Of a stretch of DNA of 64,000 bases, positions 30,252 to 39,645 are shown piece by piece; the first letter of the stretch is position 1, and every line of letters starts with the position of its first letter. The position numbers and the translations under genes are program-made. Below the pieces are notes generated by a model. The model searched no databases. It was given only the letters and a program-made list of their open reading frames with translations, and was not told where the DNA came from. Origin of the DNA: Mycobacterium sp. (GTDB lineage Bacteria; Actinomycetota; Actinomycetes; Mycobacteriales; Mycobacteriaceae); assembly GCF_025965855.1 (NCBI RefSeq), contig NZ_JAOPWB010000218.1, positions 14,263 through 78,262 on the forward strand. Reading direction: 5' to 3'.

Positions 30252-32498
30252 TCACTCGGTTCGCGCGGGCCGAAATCGGGCTTGCTCATCCATGATCGTC
30301 ACCGGGATGCCGTTGAGGGCGCCGTTGCCCGACGGCTCGTCGATGAACGTCGGCGGGGATAGCACGTTGGTATTGGCTCCCGGTGAACCGTTGGCCACCG
30401 ACATGCGGGTGCCCGGCTTGCCATGCCCCCAGCCGTGCGGCATCGACACCACGCCGGGCTTGATCGCATCGGTGACCTCGACGGGCACTTTGATCTCGCC
30501 GGCCGCCGACTTGACCGTGACGACGTCGCTGTCGCCGATGCCGCACCGGGCCGCATCGTCCGGGTGCATCAGCAACGTGCACCGGTCCTTGCCCTTCATC
30601 AGCGCCGGCACGTTGTGCATCCAGGTGTTGTTCGATCGGAGGTGTCTGCGGCTCACCAGGACTAGCGGCTCGGCCGGCCGCTCCATGCGCGCCGCCAGTC
30701 GCGGCAAGTCATCGAGCAGATATTGGGGCGCGAGGCGGATTTTCTTGTCAGCTGTGCCGAGCACGTCGGGCAGTTGCGGCACCATCGGCCCGAAGTCGAT
30801 TCCGTTCGGATTGGCCTTGAGCATGTCCAACGTGACCCCGCCGGGATTTTCGCCATATCGGTCCCCGAAGGGGCCGGTACGCAGCGTGAGGTCCAATATC
30901 CGCTCGGGCCCGCCCTTCACGCCGGCATCGTCGTAGAACTTGCGGATCTCCGCGCCGTCGACTCCCCGCGTGAAGGCCAGGTAATCGAAGAACCCGTCGT
31001 CGATCGCGGCGACGTCGACGTCCTCGGCCGGTGTGCCGGCGCACAGTCCGGTCAGCCGGATCAAGATCTCCCACTCGTGCGGGCGGTCGCCCGGGTCGAA
31101 TACCGGAGCCGAGTAATTGGCGATGCTGTGGATCGCAAACTGCAGGATGAGGTCGTCGTGGTGCGGCTGCTCGAGCGGGGACAGCCCGGGCAGGATCACA
31201 TCCGCGTGACGCGTTGTCTCGTTGAGCCAAAGGTCAACGGAGATCATCGCTTCCAGCATCGGCAGCACCTCGTCGAGCTTGTCGCCGCCGGGCGTGGACA
31301 ACACCGGGTTGCCGGCGACCGTGATCAGCGCCTTGAGCTGCCCGTCGCCGGGTGTGGCGATCTCTTCGGCCATGCACGAGACCGGCGCCTGGCCCAGCAC
31401 CTCCTTGGCGCCGCGAACCCGGGTGCGCCAGCGGCCGAATTCGGGTGCGCCGTCCTCCAAACCCGGCAGCGGCTGCGTGGTGATCGACCAGGCCGCGGGC
31501 TTCGGGAACATCGCGCCGCCCGGGGCGTCGAAATGGCCGGTCAATATGTTGGTCACGTCGACCAGCCAGCTGGCCAGACTCCCAAACTCCTGATTGCACA
31601 ACCCAATTCGGCCGTAGACCACCGATCGCTCGGTGCCGGCGAGTTCGCGGGCCAGCCGGCGGATGCGGTCTTCGTCGATACCGGTGGCCGCGCTCACCCG
31701 GCTCGGCGGCCAGTCCGCGGCGACCCGGCGCATCGTGTCGAGACCGTCGACGTGTGGGCCGGGATTGACGAGGTCCTCATCGAGGAGCGTGTGCGCCACG
31801 GCCAGCAGGAGCGCCGCGTCGGTGCCGGGCACGATCGGAAGCCACTCGTCGGCGTGGGCGGCGGTGAGGGTGCGCACCGGGTCGATCACGATCACCTTGC
31901 CGCGCTTGCGAATCGCGTCGATCAATCCCATGACGTCGGGCGCGGCCAGCAGCGAGCCCTGCGACGCGGCGGGGTTGGCGCCCATGATCACCAGCAGGTC
32001 GGTGCGCTCGATGTCGGGCACCGGGAAGGTCCACCAGCCGCCGTACATCAGGTGCGACGACAGGTTCTTGGGCCATTGGTCGACCGTTCCCGGCGAATAG
32101 GTGATCGGCATCCCCGACATGCCCAGGAGCACCCCGGTGTAGCGGGCCAGCGAGAAGGAGTGCGCCAGCGGGTTACCGGTGTAGGCGGTGACCGCCCCGA
32201 TCCCGTACGTGCGGATCACCGGCGTCAGCAATTCGGTGCAGCGACGAAACGCCGCGTCCCAGCTCACTTCCTGCCAGTTTCCGTCGACCTTGATCAGCGG
32301 GCGGCGAATGCGGTCCGGGTCGTCGTGCACGCCGGCTAAAGACACGCCCTTCGGGCAGAGGTGTCCGCGGCTCCAGACGTCGTCGCGATTGCCGCGGATG
32401 CTGGCGACTTTGCCGTTGTCCACCTGAATTTCCAAGCCGCACATGGCTTCACACAGTGGGCAGGTGCGCAGATGCCTGCCGTCATCGCCGGTCGCCAC
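30252..32498 (-). CDS. Molybdopterin-dependent oxidoreductase (DMSO reductase superfamily) with an N-terminal [4Fe-4S] site
   Basis: CPLCEAMCG...CPKG, GANP, RRHLRSNNTWMHN, MPHGWG. Confidence 0.9.
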   Translation of the reverse strand: MATGDDGRHLRTCPLCEAMCGLEIQVDNGKVASIRGNRDDVWSRGHLCPKGVSLAGVHDDPDRIRRPLIKVDGNWQEVSWDAAFRRCTELLTPVIRTYGIGAVTAYTGNPLAHSFSLARYTGVLLGMSGMPITYSPGTVDQWPKNLSSHLMYGGWWTFPVPDIERTDLLVIMGANPAASQGSLLAAPDVMGLIDAIRKRGKVIVIDPVRTLTAAHADEWLPIVPGTDAALLLAVAHTLLDEDLVNPGPHVDGLDTMRRVAADWPPSRVSAATGIDEDRIRRLARELAGTERSVVYGRIGLCNQEFGSLASWLVDVTNILTGHFDAPGGAMFPKPAAWSITTQPLPGLEDGAPEFGRWRTRVRGAKEVLGQAPVSCMAEEIATPGDGQLKALITVAGNPVLSTPGGDKLDEVLPMLEAMISVDLWLNETTRHADVILPGLSPLEQPHHDDLILQFAIHSIANYSAPVFDPGDRPHEWEILIRLTGLCAGTPAEDVDVAAIDDGFFDYLAFTRGVDGAEIRKFYDDAGVKGGPERILDLTLRTGPFGDRYGENPGGVTLDMLKANPNGIDFGPMVPQLPDVLGTADKKIRLAPQYLLDDLPRLAARMERPAEPLVLVSRRHLRSNNTWMHNVPALMKGKDRCTLLMHPDDAARCGIGDSDVVTVKSAAGEIKVPVEVTDAIKPGVVSMPHGWGHGKPGTRMSVANGSPGANTNVLSPPTFIDEPSGNGALNGIPVTIMDEQARFRPARTE

Positions 32499-32550
32499 CC
32501 ACCCACTGTATTCCGCTACTGCCGGTAGCGGAAGTGGCAAATATGTGTGG

Positions 32551-32976
32551 TCAGGATGCCCAGGGGCCGATGCCGCCGACCTTGTCGATGCGGATGCGGG
32601 TGAGGAACCCGGGCGGCGCGCCCTCCGGCGGGAACTTCATGTTCGGGTCACCCAGGATCGGGTTGAGCTCCTTCAGGAGCTCGGGCGCCCCGCCCTCGAC
32701 GATTCGCGCGGTTCCGGTGACGGAGAGGTAGGGCCGCATCCCCGCGCCGGCCCCGCTGAGCGACACGATCGTGACGGCGACGCGGGGATCGTTGCGGATA
32801 TTGCGCACCTTCTTGTGTTCGGCGAGGTGCGCGGTGACGAGTTCGTCTCCGTCGGGTGTCGATTGCAGCGCAACCCAGACCAAACTCACTTGGGGGCTGC
32901 CGTCCGGATTGAGGGTGACCAAGGTGCCGTCGGCACCCTTGCCGATGAGGTCGCGCGCGGCGTCGTTGAGTTTCAT
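32551..32976 (-). CDS. PPOX-class F420-dependent oxidoreductase
   Basis: TLNPDGSPQVSLVW..KVRNIRNDPRVAV. Confidence 0.88.
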   Translation of the reverse strand: MKLNDAARDLIGKGADGTLVTLNPDGSPQVSLVWVALQSTPDGDELVTAHLAEHKKVRNIRNDPRVAVTIVSLSGAGAGMRPYLSVTGTARIVEGGAPELLKELNPILGDPNMKFPPEGAPPGFLTRIRIDKVGGIGPWAS

Positions 32977-33093
32977 GCGTGCTTATACCGTCGCGCGCGA
33001 CGATTCATTCCCGTTCGTTCGGTCTCAATGAAATTTGAATATGGCCAGTTGGCTGTACAACCGCCGGGCGCCGCTCTTAGCGTCGTTCACGAT

Positions 33094-33276
33094 ATGACCG
33101 ACCATCAGCAACCGGCGGGCATCGAGCACCTCCGGCGCGAATTGCTCGACCGACTAGACGCGCAACCGTTCGACGACTGGTCCCCGGCCCTCTTGCGTGC
33201 CCTGATCGCCGTCTTCGACCTGAACGGAGTCACGCCGGCGGCCCGACACGGCTTCCGGCCCTACCTCGTCAGGTAA
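33094..33276 (+). CDS. Small hypothetical protein (60 aa)
   Basis: MTDHQQPAGIEHLRRELLDRLDAQPFDDWSPALLRALIAVFDL...; 3' part of track ORF 32443-33276. Confidence 0.55.
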   Translation: MTDHQQPAGIEHLRRELLDRLDAQPFDDWSPALLRALIAVFDLNGVTPAARHGFRPYLVR

Positions 33277-33281
33277 GCCTT

Positions 33282-33342
33282 CGCGAAAGTGCAACTGCCG
33301 ACACGTTTCCCGAGAGGGGTGGTCGGCAGTTGCACTTTCGCG
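33282..33342. repeat. Perfect 21-bp inverted repeat (REP-like hairpin)
   Basis: CGCGAAAGTGCAACTGCCGAC-N19-GTCGGCAGTTGCACTTTCGCG. Confidence 0.85.
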
Positions 33343-33358
33343 GATTAGGCTCACGACG

Positions 33359-33811
33359 GTGGAGACCTGGGAACTGGTCGCCCGTGAGCAGATCCGCGAC
33401 ACGCTCGCGCGGTACAACTGGTCGGGCGACGCCGGCCGGCTCGACGGCCTCGCGGAGACGTTCTGCACGGACGGCGTGCTCGAGATCCGTGGTGTGGAGC
33501 CGCTGTGCGGGCGGTCGGAGATCGCGGCGTTCCTCGGCGGTGTCACGGGCGACGTGGCCCGCAATGTTGACGTCAAGCCCGTGGTCCGACACAACGTCGC
33601 CAGCGTGCTGTTCAGCGCGCTCACCCGCGACGCGGCGCACGTCTCGTCGTACTTCACCGTCGTCACCCATATCGGGCTCGACCATTTCGGCCGCTATCGC
33701 GACATCCTGGTTCCCGACGGTGACCGCTGGCTGATCAAGCATCGCAAGGTATCGACCGACTGGGCGGCCCCCGACTCGGCCATGGCCCGCCGGCCGACAC
33801 CGAACGTGTAG
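33359..33811 (+). CDS. NTF2/SnoaL-like protein
   Basis: REQIRDTLARY...F..DG...GRYRD.L...GDRW.I.HR. Confidence 0.85.
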   Translation: METWELVAREQIRDTLARYNWSGDAGRLDGLAETFCTDGVLEIRGVEPLCGRSEIAAFLGGVTGDVARNVDVKPVVRHNVASVLFSALTRDAAHVSSYFTVVTHIGLDHFGRYRDILVPDGDRWLIKHRKVSTDWAAPDSAMARRPTPNV

Positions 33812-33858
33812 TCACTGCGACCGCCACTGGCGTGTCGTCGCCGCGGTTACACGTTCGG
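33800..33858. repeat. REP-like hairpin with 11-bp arms
   Basis: CCGAACGTGTA...TACACGTTCGG with a GCGTGTCG core. Confidence 0.6.
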
Positions 33859-34075
33859 CGGGAAAACCCCGAGCGGCCGGTCCACGAAGATGAATATTGG
33901 TGGCGATTTCGTTAAATGTACCGCCGAAATGTTTGCCGCTACCCTCTCACTGGCTACAGATAGGGATCATATAAAGAGATTGCGGTCCTCTTCTGACGCC
34001 GTGCGCCTGTAGGGCCTGGAGTTGACCGCCGGTCATGTGACCAGGGGTCACGGCCGCCGAAACGAGATGGGCGGG

Positions 34076-35464
34076 ATGCAGCGACTCAGTGGGTTAGACG
34101 CGTTCTTTTTGTACCTGGAATCACCGACGCAGCCGTTGAACATTTGCTGTGTCTTGGAGGTGGACCCGGAAACGAAGCCGGGTGGCTACACGTTCGACCG
34201 GTTCCGTGAGGCGCTGTCGGTGCGGGTGGACGCAGTGCCCGAATTCCGTCTCAAGCTGGCCGACAGCCAACTGAACTTCGACCATCCGGTCTGGGTCGAT
34301 GACGATCGCTTCGACCTTGACCGTCATCTCCACCACGTCGCCCTCCCGTCGCCCGGCGGACCAAAGGAGTTAGCGGAGATCTGCGGTCACGTCGCCGGCC
34401 TGGCACTCGATCGCGATCGTCCGCTGTGGGAAATGTGGGTCATCGAAGGCCTGCACGGCGACGACGCGCTCTCCGTCGTCCTCAAGGCCCACCACGCGTT
34501 CGTCGACGGGGTCGGCGGCGCCCGCCTACTGGGCCGGCTGTGCAGCACCGCGGCCGACGCCCCGCCGCCCAAACCGGCTGACCGCACTGGCGGTGCGAAT
34601 CCGCTTCAGATCGCCGCGTCGGGCCTGATCGGGGCCGCGTTACGGCCCTGGCGGCTGGCCAAAGTGGTGCCGGCAACCGCGCTGACGCTCGCGCAAACCA
34701 TCCTGCGCGCCCGGGGCGGTGGGCACACCATGGCCGCCCCGTTCGCGGCGCCGCCGACGGCGTTCAACGGTCCGTTCACCCGGCGGCGCAACGTCGCCCT
34801 GACCACCGTGGACCTCGAGGACGTCAAAGCGGTCAAGAACAGGTTCGGTGTGACTATCAACGACGTGGTGGCGGCACTATGCGCGGGCGCGCTGCGGCAA
34901 TTCTTGGTGGACCGGCAGGAACTGCCGGACAGCCCGATGGTGGCCAGCGTGCCGGTTTCGGTGCGGGGCCGGTCCGATCGGCCGGGCCGAAACCAAACCA
35001 CGTGGATGCTGTGCCGGCTCGAAACTCAAATCGACGACCCGGCCCGCCGACTGTGCAGCATCGCCGACGGCAACGCCTCGGCCAAGGACCACGCCTCAGC
35101 GATGGGTCCGACCCTGCTGCAGGACTGGACGCAAGTGGCCGGGCAGACCATGTTCGGCGCCGCGATGAAGCTGCTGCCGCTCATACCCCTGCCCGAGAAG
35201 CCGCCGCACAACCTGGTGATGTCCAACGTGCCCGGCCCGCAGGAACAGCTCTACTTCCTGGGTTGCCGGATCGACGCCATGTATCCGCTCGGTCCGATCA
35301 TCGCGGGCGCCGCGCTCAACATGACCGTCATGTCGCTCAACGGCCGACTCGGGGTCGGCATCATTTCCTGCCCCGACCTCGTTCCGGACCTGTGGGAGCT
35401 CGCCGCCGCGTTTCCTGCGGCGCTCAAGGAATTGATGGATTGCGGCGAGCCCTCCCAGAGCTAG
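34076..35464 (+). CDS. Wax ester synthase/diacylglycerol acyltransferase (Tgs family)
   Basis: MQRLSGLD start, LDRDRPLWE, HHAFVDG catalytic motif, SNVPGP. Confidence 0.94.
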   Translation: MQRLSGLDAFFLYLESPTQPLNICCVLEVDPETKPGGYTFDRFREALSVRVDAVPEFRLKLADSQLNFDHPVWVDDDRFDLDRHLHHVALPSPGGPKELAEICGHVAGLALDRDRPLWEMWVIEGLHGDDALSVVLKAHHAFVDGVGGARLLGRLCSTAADAPPPKPADRTGGANPLQIAASGLIGAALRPWRLAKVVPATALTLAQTILRARGGGHTMAAPFAAPPTAFNGPFTRRRNVALTTVDLEDVKAVKNRFGVTINDVVAALCAGALRQFLVDRQELPDSPMVASVPVSVRGRSDRPGRNQTTWMLCRLETQIDDPARRLCSIADGNASAKDHASAMGPTLLQDWTQVAGQTMFGAAMKLLPLIPLPEKPPHNLVMSNVPGPQEQLYFLGCRIDAMYPLGPIIAGAALNMTVMSLNGRLGVGIISCPDLVPDLWELAAAFPAALKELMDCGEPSQS

Positions 35465-35480
35465 CGACAGTTGTTGTGCC

Positions 35481-35939
35481 TCAGTGGTTTGGCGCCGAGG
35501 CCCCAATCGTCGCGACGCTGAGCCGGCACCCCTCCGGTCCCGCGCGCCAGGCGTGGTCGACGCCCGTGATCACCGCGCTGTCGCCGACGGCGAGGGGGTG
35601 CGCGCCGTCGTCCAGGACCAGATCCACCGAGCCCGAAAGCACGACGTCGAAATCGACGGTGTCCGTGTGGTGCATGGAGAATTCCGCACCCGGCGCGTAC
35701 TCGATCACCGTCCAGCGGATCGCGCCGGGCGGGACGACCAGGTCGAGCAGGTCCGCCGCCCGGCCGCCGCCGGTCGAAATGGACGGCAGGGACGGCGCCG
35801 CGTACAGCACCGAATAGAGCAGGCCGCCAAGACCGGCGTCCCCTTGCAGCGCGACGGGTTCGTCGCGCACTGCGCACGATCGCCCGGACGCGTCGACCCC
35901 GGTGATCAGCAAGCGCCCGCCCGTCGGCCCGTCTGACAT
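35481..35939 (-). CDS. Cupin-domain protein
   Basis: MHHTDTVDFDVVLSG...GVDHAW. Confidence 0.85.
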   Translation of the reverse strand: MSDGPTGGRLLITGVDASGRSCAVRDEPVALQGDAGLGGLLYSVLYAAPSLPSISTGGGRAADLLDLVVPPGAIRWTVIEYAPGAEFSMHHTDTVDFDVVLSGSVDLVLDDGAHPLAVGDSAVITGVDHAWRAGPEGCRLSVATIGASAPNH

Positions 35940-35978
35940 GCCCCCAGACTTTAGAGGACCAGTCGGAGGAACATCGCT

Positions 35979-35992
35979 CCCGCTCGCCGCGA
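35979..35992. promoter_or_regulatory. Weak copy of the steroid-cluster promoter motif
   Basis: CCCGCTCGCCGCGA matches 37455-37468 at 10/14; lies in the cupin/hsaD divergent spacer. Confidence 0.3.
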
Positions 35993-36001
35993 CGGCATGG
36001 C

Positions 36002-36883
36002 ATGGTGACATGCGTGGCCAACACATCTGAAACGACCGTCGAGCAAGACTTGCGCGAAATCGGAACTCCCAAGGGCGCTTTGCGCTACTACGACTGCGGC
36101 CCGGACTCCGGGCCGGTGCTGCTGTTCCTGCACGGTTCGGGTCCGGGGGTCACCGGCTGGCGTAACTTCCGCGGGGTATTGCCGACATTTGCCGAGCACT
36201 ACCGCTGCCTGATACTGGAATTCCCCGGTTTCGGAGTCAGCGACGACTTCGGCGGCCACCCGATGGTCACGGCATTCGGCACCGTTTCGCCTCTCCTGGA
36301 CGCGCTCGGCGTCGAGAAGACGCACATCGTCGGCAACTCGATGGGCGGCGGCGTCGGCATCAACTTCGCCATCCAGAATCCGGACCGCATCGAGCGGCTG
36401 GTGACCATCGGCGGCATCGGCACCAACATCTTCAGTCCCAGCCCCAGCGAGGGCATCCGGCTGCTGCAAGAGTTCGTCGAGGACCCCACCCGTCAACGGC
36501 TCGTCGACTGGCTGAAATCGATGGTGTACGACCAGTCCCTGGTCACCGACGAACTGATCGAGGAACGCTGGCAGCTCGCGACCGATCCCGCGACCCTGGC
36601 CGCGGCCCGCCGGATGTACGGCAAGGCGGCGTTCGCCGCAATGAACGCCGCCATGGCGTCCTCCGACAGGCCGATGCCGTGGGCGGCCATGCACAAGCTG
36701 GCGGCGCCGACCCTGCTGACCTGGGGCCGGGACGACCGGGTGAGCCCGCCCGATATGGCGCTCATCCCGATGCGCACCATCCCCAACGCGGAACTGCACA
36801 TATTCCCCAACTCCGGGCACTGGTCCATGATCGAGGCCAAGGAGGCGTTCGAAAGTACAGTGCTGGCCTTTCTGTCCCGCTAG
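36002..36883 (+). CDS. hsaD: Meta-cleavage product hydrolase (HsaD/BphD-like)
   Basis: LHGSGPG..GW.NF, GNSMGG, GRDDRV, GHW. This is a paralog, not necessarily the core cholesterol-cluster copy. Confidence 0.8.
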   Translation: MVTCVANTSETTVEQDLREIGTPKGALRYYDCGPDSGPVLLFLHGSGPGVTGWRNFRGVLPTFAEHYRCLILEFPGFGVSDDFGGHPMVTAFGTVSPLLDALGVEKTHIVGNSMGGGVGINFAIQNPDRIERLVTIGGIGTNIFSPSPSEGIRLLQEFVEDPTRQRLVDWLKSMVYDQSLVTDELIEERWQLATDPATLAAARRMYGKAAFAAMNAAMASSDRPMPWAAMHKLAAPTLLTWGRDDRVSPPDMALIPMRTIPNAELHIFPNSGHWSMIEAKEAFESTVLAFLSR

Positions 36884-36936
36884 GCGGCGATCGCGAGCGC
36901 GGCGGAGCCGGGCGAGGCGGGTCGCCGCCATCAGGG

Positions 36937-37422
36937 CTAGGCGGAACCCGCGAGGCCCCTCGTCAACAGCGCATGCGCATCGGGATTGCCGTCGAGCACC
37001 CGGCTGGTGCGGGTGGCGATCTGCCAGCGGTCGTCTATCCTCCTCAGCACGAAATGGTGCGCGGTTGCCCGCCAGACCCGATAGCCCCCTTTATCGGAGC
37101 CGTCGCGGATCAGCACCAGGGATTCGCAGACCGCCACCGCCTCGTCGCCGGCGAGCGTGACGACGCAGGGTCCGAGGAAGTGACAGCAGCCCGTGGCCAC
37201 CAGCTTCTGGTGGGCCTCCGAGCTGATCATGGCGTGGACGTCTGCCCGGCTCTCCATGCGCCAGCCGTCCACGTCGTAGACGCCGTCCGTCGCCCACAGC
37301 CGCGCGGCGGCATCCGGGTCCCCGGCGTCGACGGCCGGACCGTACGACGCGATCAACTGCCTGATGTCGCGGTCGTCCTCGAACCGGCGCAGCCGGACCG
37401 CCAAGTCCTCGATGTCCGTCAT
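36937..37422 (-). CDS. NTF2/SnoaL-like protein
   Basis: RRFEDDRDIRQLIASYGPAVDAGD. Confidence 0.85.
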   Translation of the reverse strand: MTDIEDLAVRLRRFEDDRDIRQLIASYGPAVDAGDPDAAARLWATDGVYDVDGWRMESRADVHAMISSEAHQKLVATGCCHFLGPCVVTLAGDEAVAVCESLVLIRDGSDKGGYRVWRATAHHFVLRRIDDRWQIATRTSRVLDGNPDAHALLTRGLAGSA

Positions 37423-37454
37423 CGGTTGTCCTCCTCATCTGAGCCGCCTTTGTG

Positions 37455-37468
37455 TCCGCTCATCGGGA
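37455..37468. promoter_or_regulatory. Putative operator in the NTF2/hsaA divergent spacer
   Basis: TCCGCTCATCGGGA matches TCCACTGATCAGGA at 43721-43734 (11/14). Confidence 0.45.
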
Positions 37469-37534
37469 AAGCCTTCGGGTCGGGCACGAACTGCGGTAGA
37501 CCATTACTAAGCCCCCATACGTAAGGACGACAAC

Positions 37535-38728
37535 ATGAGCGAGCGGGTACTCGACGGGGTAGTTGCGATGGCCGACCAGTTGCGTGACCAGGCCGCCGAA
37601 GCCGAGAGGATCGGCCGACTCACCGACGACACCGTCAAGCTGATGAAAGGGGCCGGACTGATCCGGCTGCTGCAGCCGAAGAGCTACCAGGGTTTCGAGG
37701 TCCACCCCCGCGAGTTCGCCGAGACCGTGATGGCCACCGCGGCACTGGATCCGGCCGCCGGGTGGATCGTCGGCGTGGTGGGCGTGCATCCCTACCAGCT
37801 GGCCTATGCCGATCCGAAAGTACCCGCCGAGGTGTGGGCCGACGACGTCGACACGTGGATGGCCTCCCCCTACGCGCCGCAGGGCGTGGCCAAGCCCGTA
37901 AACGGCGGGGCCGGCGGCTATATCTTCAACGGCCGCTGGCAGTTCAGTTCGGGCACCGACCATTGCGACTGGATCATCCTGGGCGCGATGCTCGGCGACG
38001 AAAAAGGCATTCCGTTGATGCCGCCGCAGATGCTGCACATGATCCTGCCGCGCAAGGACTACGAGATCGTCGAGGACTCGTGGAATGTGGTGGGGCTGCG
38101 CGGGACCGGCTCCAAGGACGTCATCGTCAAAGACGCGTTCGTCCCGACCTACCGGACCATGGACGCGACCAAGGTGATGGACGGCACCGCCCAGCGCGAG
38201 GCGGGCATGACCGAGCCGCTGTACTTGATGCCGTGGTCGACAATGTTCCCGCTGGGCATTTCCGCGGCGACCATCGGCATCGCCGAGGGTGCACTGGCCG
38301 CGCACCTGGATTATCAGCGGGAGCGTGTCGGCGCCACCGGAACCGCGATCAAGGACGACCCCTACGTCATGCACGCGATCGGCGAGGCCGCCGCCGACAT
38401 CAACGCCGCCCGCCAGGAACTGCTGGCCAACGCCGACCGCGTTTACGACATGGTCGCGGCCGGCAAGGAGGTGTCCTTCGCCGACCGCGCGGCCGGTCGC
38501 CGGACCCAGGTTCGCGCGGTATGGCGCGCGGTGTCGGCGGTCGACGAGATTTTCGCCCGCTCGGGCGGCAATGCGGCCCGGATGGACAAGCCGCTGCAGC
38601 GCTATTGGCGTGATGTGCATGTGGGCCATCTGCACGCCATCCACGTCCCCGGCACCACCTATCACGCGTCGGCGCTGAGTTCGCTGGGCATCGACCCACC
38701 GGAAGGCCCGCTGCGGGCCCTGATCTAG
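37535..38728 (+). CDS. hsaA: Flavin-dependent monooxygenase, oxygenase subunit (HsaA-like)
   Basis: W.FSSG.DHCDW, W.VVGLRGTGS, QRYWRD.H; acyl-CoA dehydrogenase-fold hydroxylase. Confidence 0.85.
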   Translation: MSERVLDGVVAMADQLRDQAAEAERIGRLTDDTVKLMKGAGLIRLLQPKSYQGFEVHPREFAETVMATAALDPAAGWIVGVVGVHPYQLAYADPKVPAEVWADDVDTWMASPYAPQGVAKPVNGGAGGYIFNGRWQFSSGTDHCDWIILGAMLGDEKGIPLMPPQMLHMILPRKDYEIVEDSWNVVGLRGTGSKDVIVKDAFVPTYRTMDATKVMDGTAQREAGMTEPLYLMPWSTMFPLGISAATIGIAEGALAAHLDYQRERVGATGTAIKDDPYVMHAIGEAAADINAARQELLANADRVYDMVAAGKEVSFADRAAGRRTQVRAVWRAVSAVDEIFARSGGNAARMDKPLQRYWRDVHVGHLHAIHVPGTTYHASALSSLGIDPPEGPLRALI

Positions 38729-38736
38729 GAGTGGCA

Positions 38737-39645
38737 GTGAGCGACCTGAAAAGCCTTGGTTACATCACCATTTCGACGAACGACGTCGACCGCTGGCGGC
38801 ATTTCGCGTTCGACGTCCTGGGCTTCGCGGAAGGGAAGGGGTCCGACCCGTCGGCGCTGTACCTGCGTATGGACGAACGTGCGGCCCGGATCGTCGTCGT
38901 TCCGGGCGAGACCGAGCGGGTGCTCACCGTCGGCTGGGAGGTGCGCGATCATGCGGCGCTGCAACGGGTCAAGGCGACCCTTGACGGCGCCGGTGTCGCG
39001 TTCAAGCAGCTGTCGGTCGATGAGGCCGAGGAGCGCCGCGTCGAAGAGGTGATCGCGTGCGAGGATCCCGCGGGCCACACGCTTGAGGTGTTTCACGGTC
39101 CGGTGCTTGACCACAGCCCGGTGATCACCCCGTTCGGCGCGAAATTCGTCACCGGCGATCAGGGCCTCGGCCATGTCGTGGTGCCCGCGATGGATCCCAA
39201 CGGGCTGTTCGACTTCTACACCGAGGTACTGGGTTTCCGTTCGCGTGGCGCGTTCCGGGTGCCGTTGCCGAAAGAGTTCGGCCCGGTGCGGGTTCGCTTC
39301 CTCGGCATCAACGAGCGGCACCACAGCCTGGCGATCGTTCCGGCCGCGCATCTGCGAGACCCGCGCGTCGTTCACATCATGGTGGAGGTCGACACCCTCG
39401 ACGCGGTGGGCCGAGCGCTGGACCGGGTCAATGCCGAGGGCTTCCAGTTGTCGTCCACGCTCGGCCGCCACACCAACGACAAGATGATCTCCTTCTACGT
39501 CCGGGCGCCCGGCGATTGGGACATCGAGTTCGGCACCGACGGTATGCGCGTCGACGAAACCTATTACACCGCAGAGGAAATCACTGCGGACAGCTACTGG
39601 GGTCACCAGTGGGTCGGCGAGATGCCCGCGGCAATGCGGCTGTGA
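38737..39645 (+). CDS. hsaC: Extradiol ring-cleavage dioxygenase (HsaC/BphC-like)
   Basis: GLGHVV, RHHSLA, LGRHTNDKMISFY, IEFG: Fe(II) His/His/Glu ligands. Confidence 0.88.
   Translation: MSDLKSLGYITISTNDVDRWRHFAFDVLGFAEGKGSDPSALYLRMDERAARIVVVPGETERVLTVGWEVRDHAALQRVKATLDGAGVAFKQLSVDEAEERRVEEVIACEDPAGHTLEVFHGPVLDHSPVITPFGAKFVTGDQGLGHVVVPAMDPNGLFDFYTEVLGFRSRGAFRVPLPKEFGPVRVRFLGINERHHSLAIVPAAHLRDPRVVHIMVEVDTLDAVGRALDRVNAEGFQLSSTLGRHTNDKMISFYVRAPGDWDIEFGTDGMRVDETYYTAEEITADSYWGHQWVGEMPAAMRL

Noticed and set aside
33860-34060. AT-richer leader before the WS/DGAT as a possible riboswitch
   Set aside because: No recognisable aptamer consensus; more simply a promoter region.
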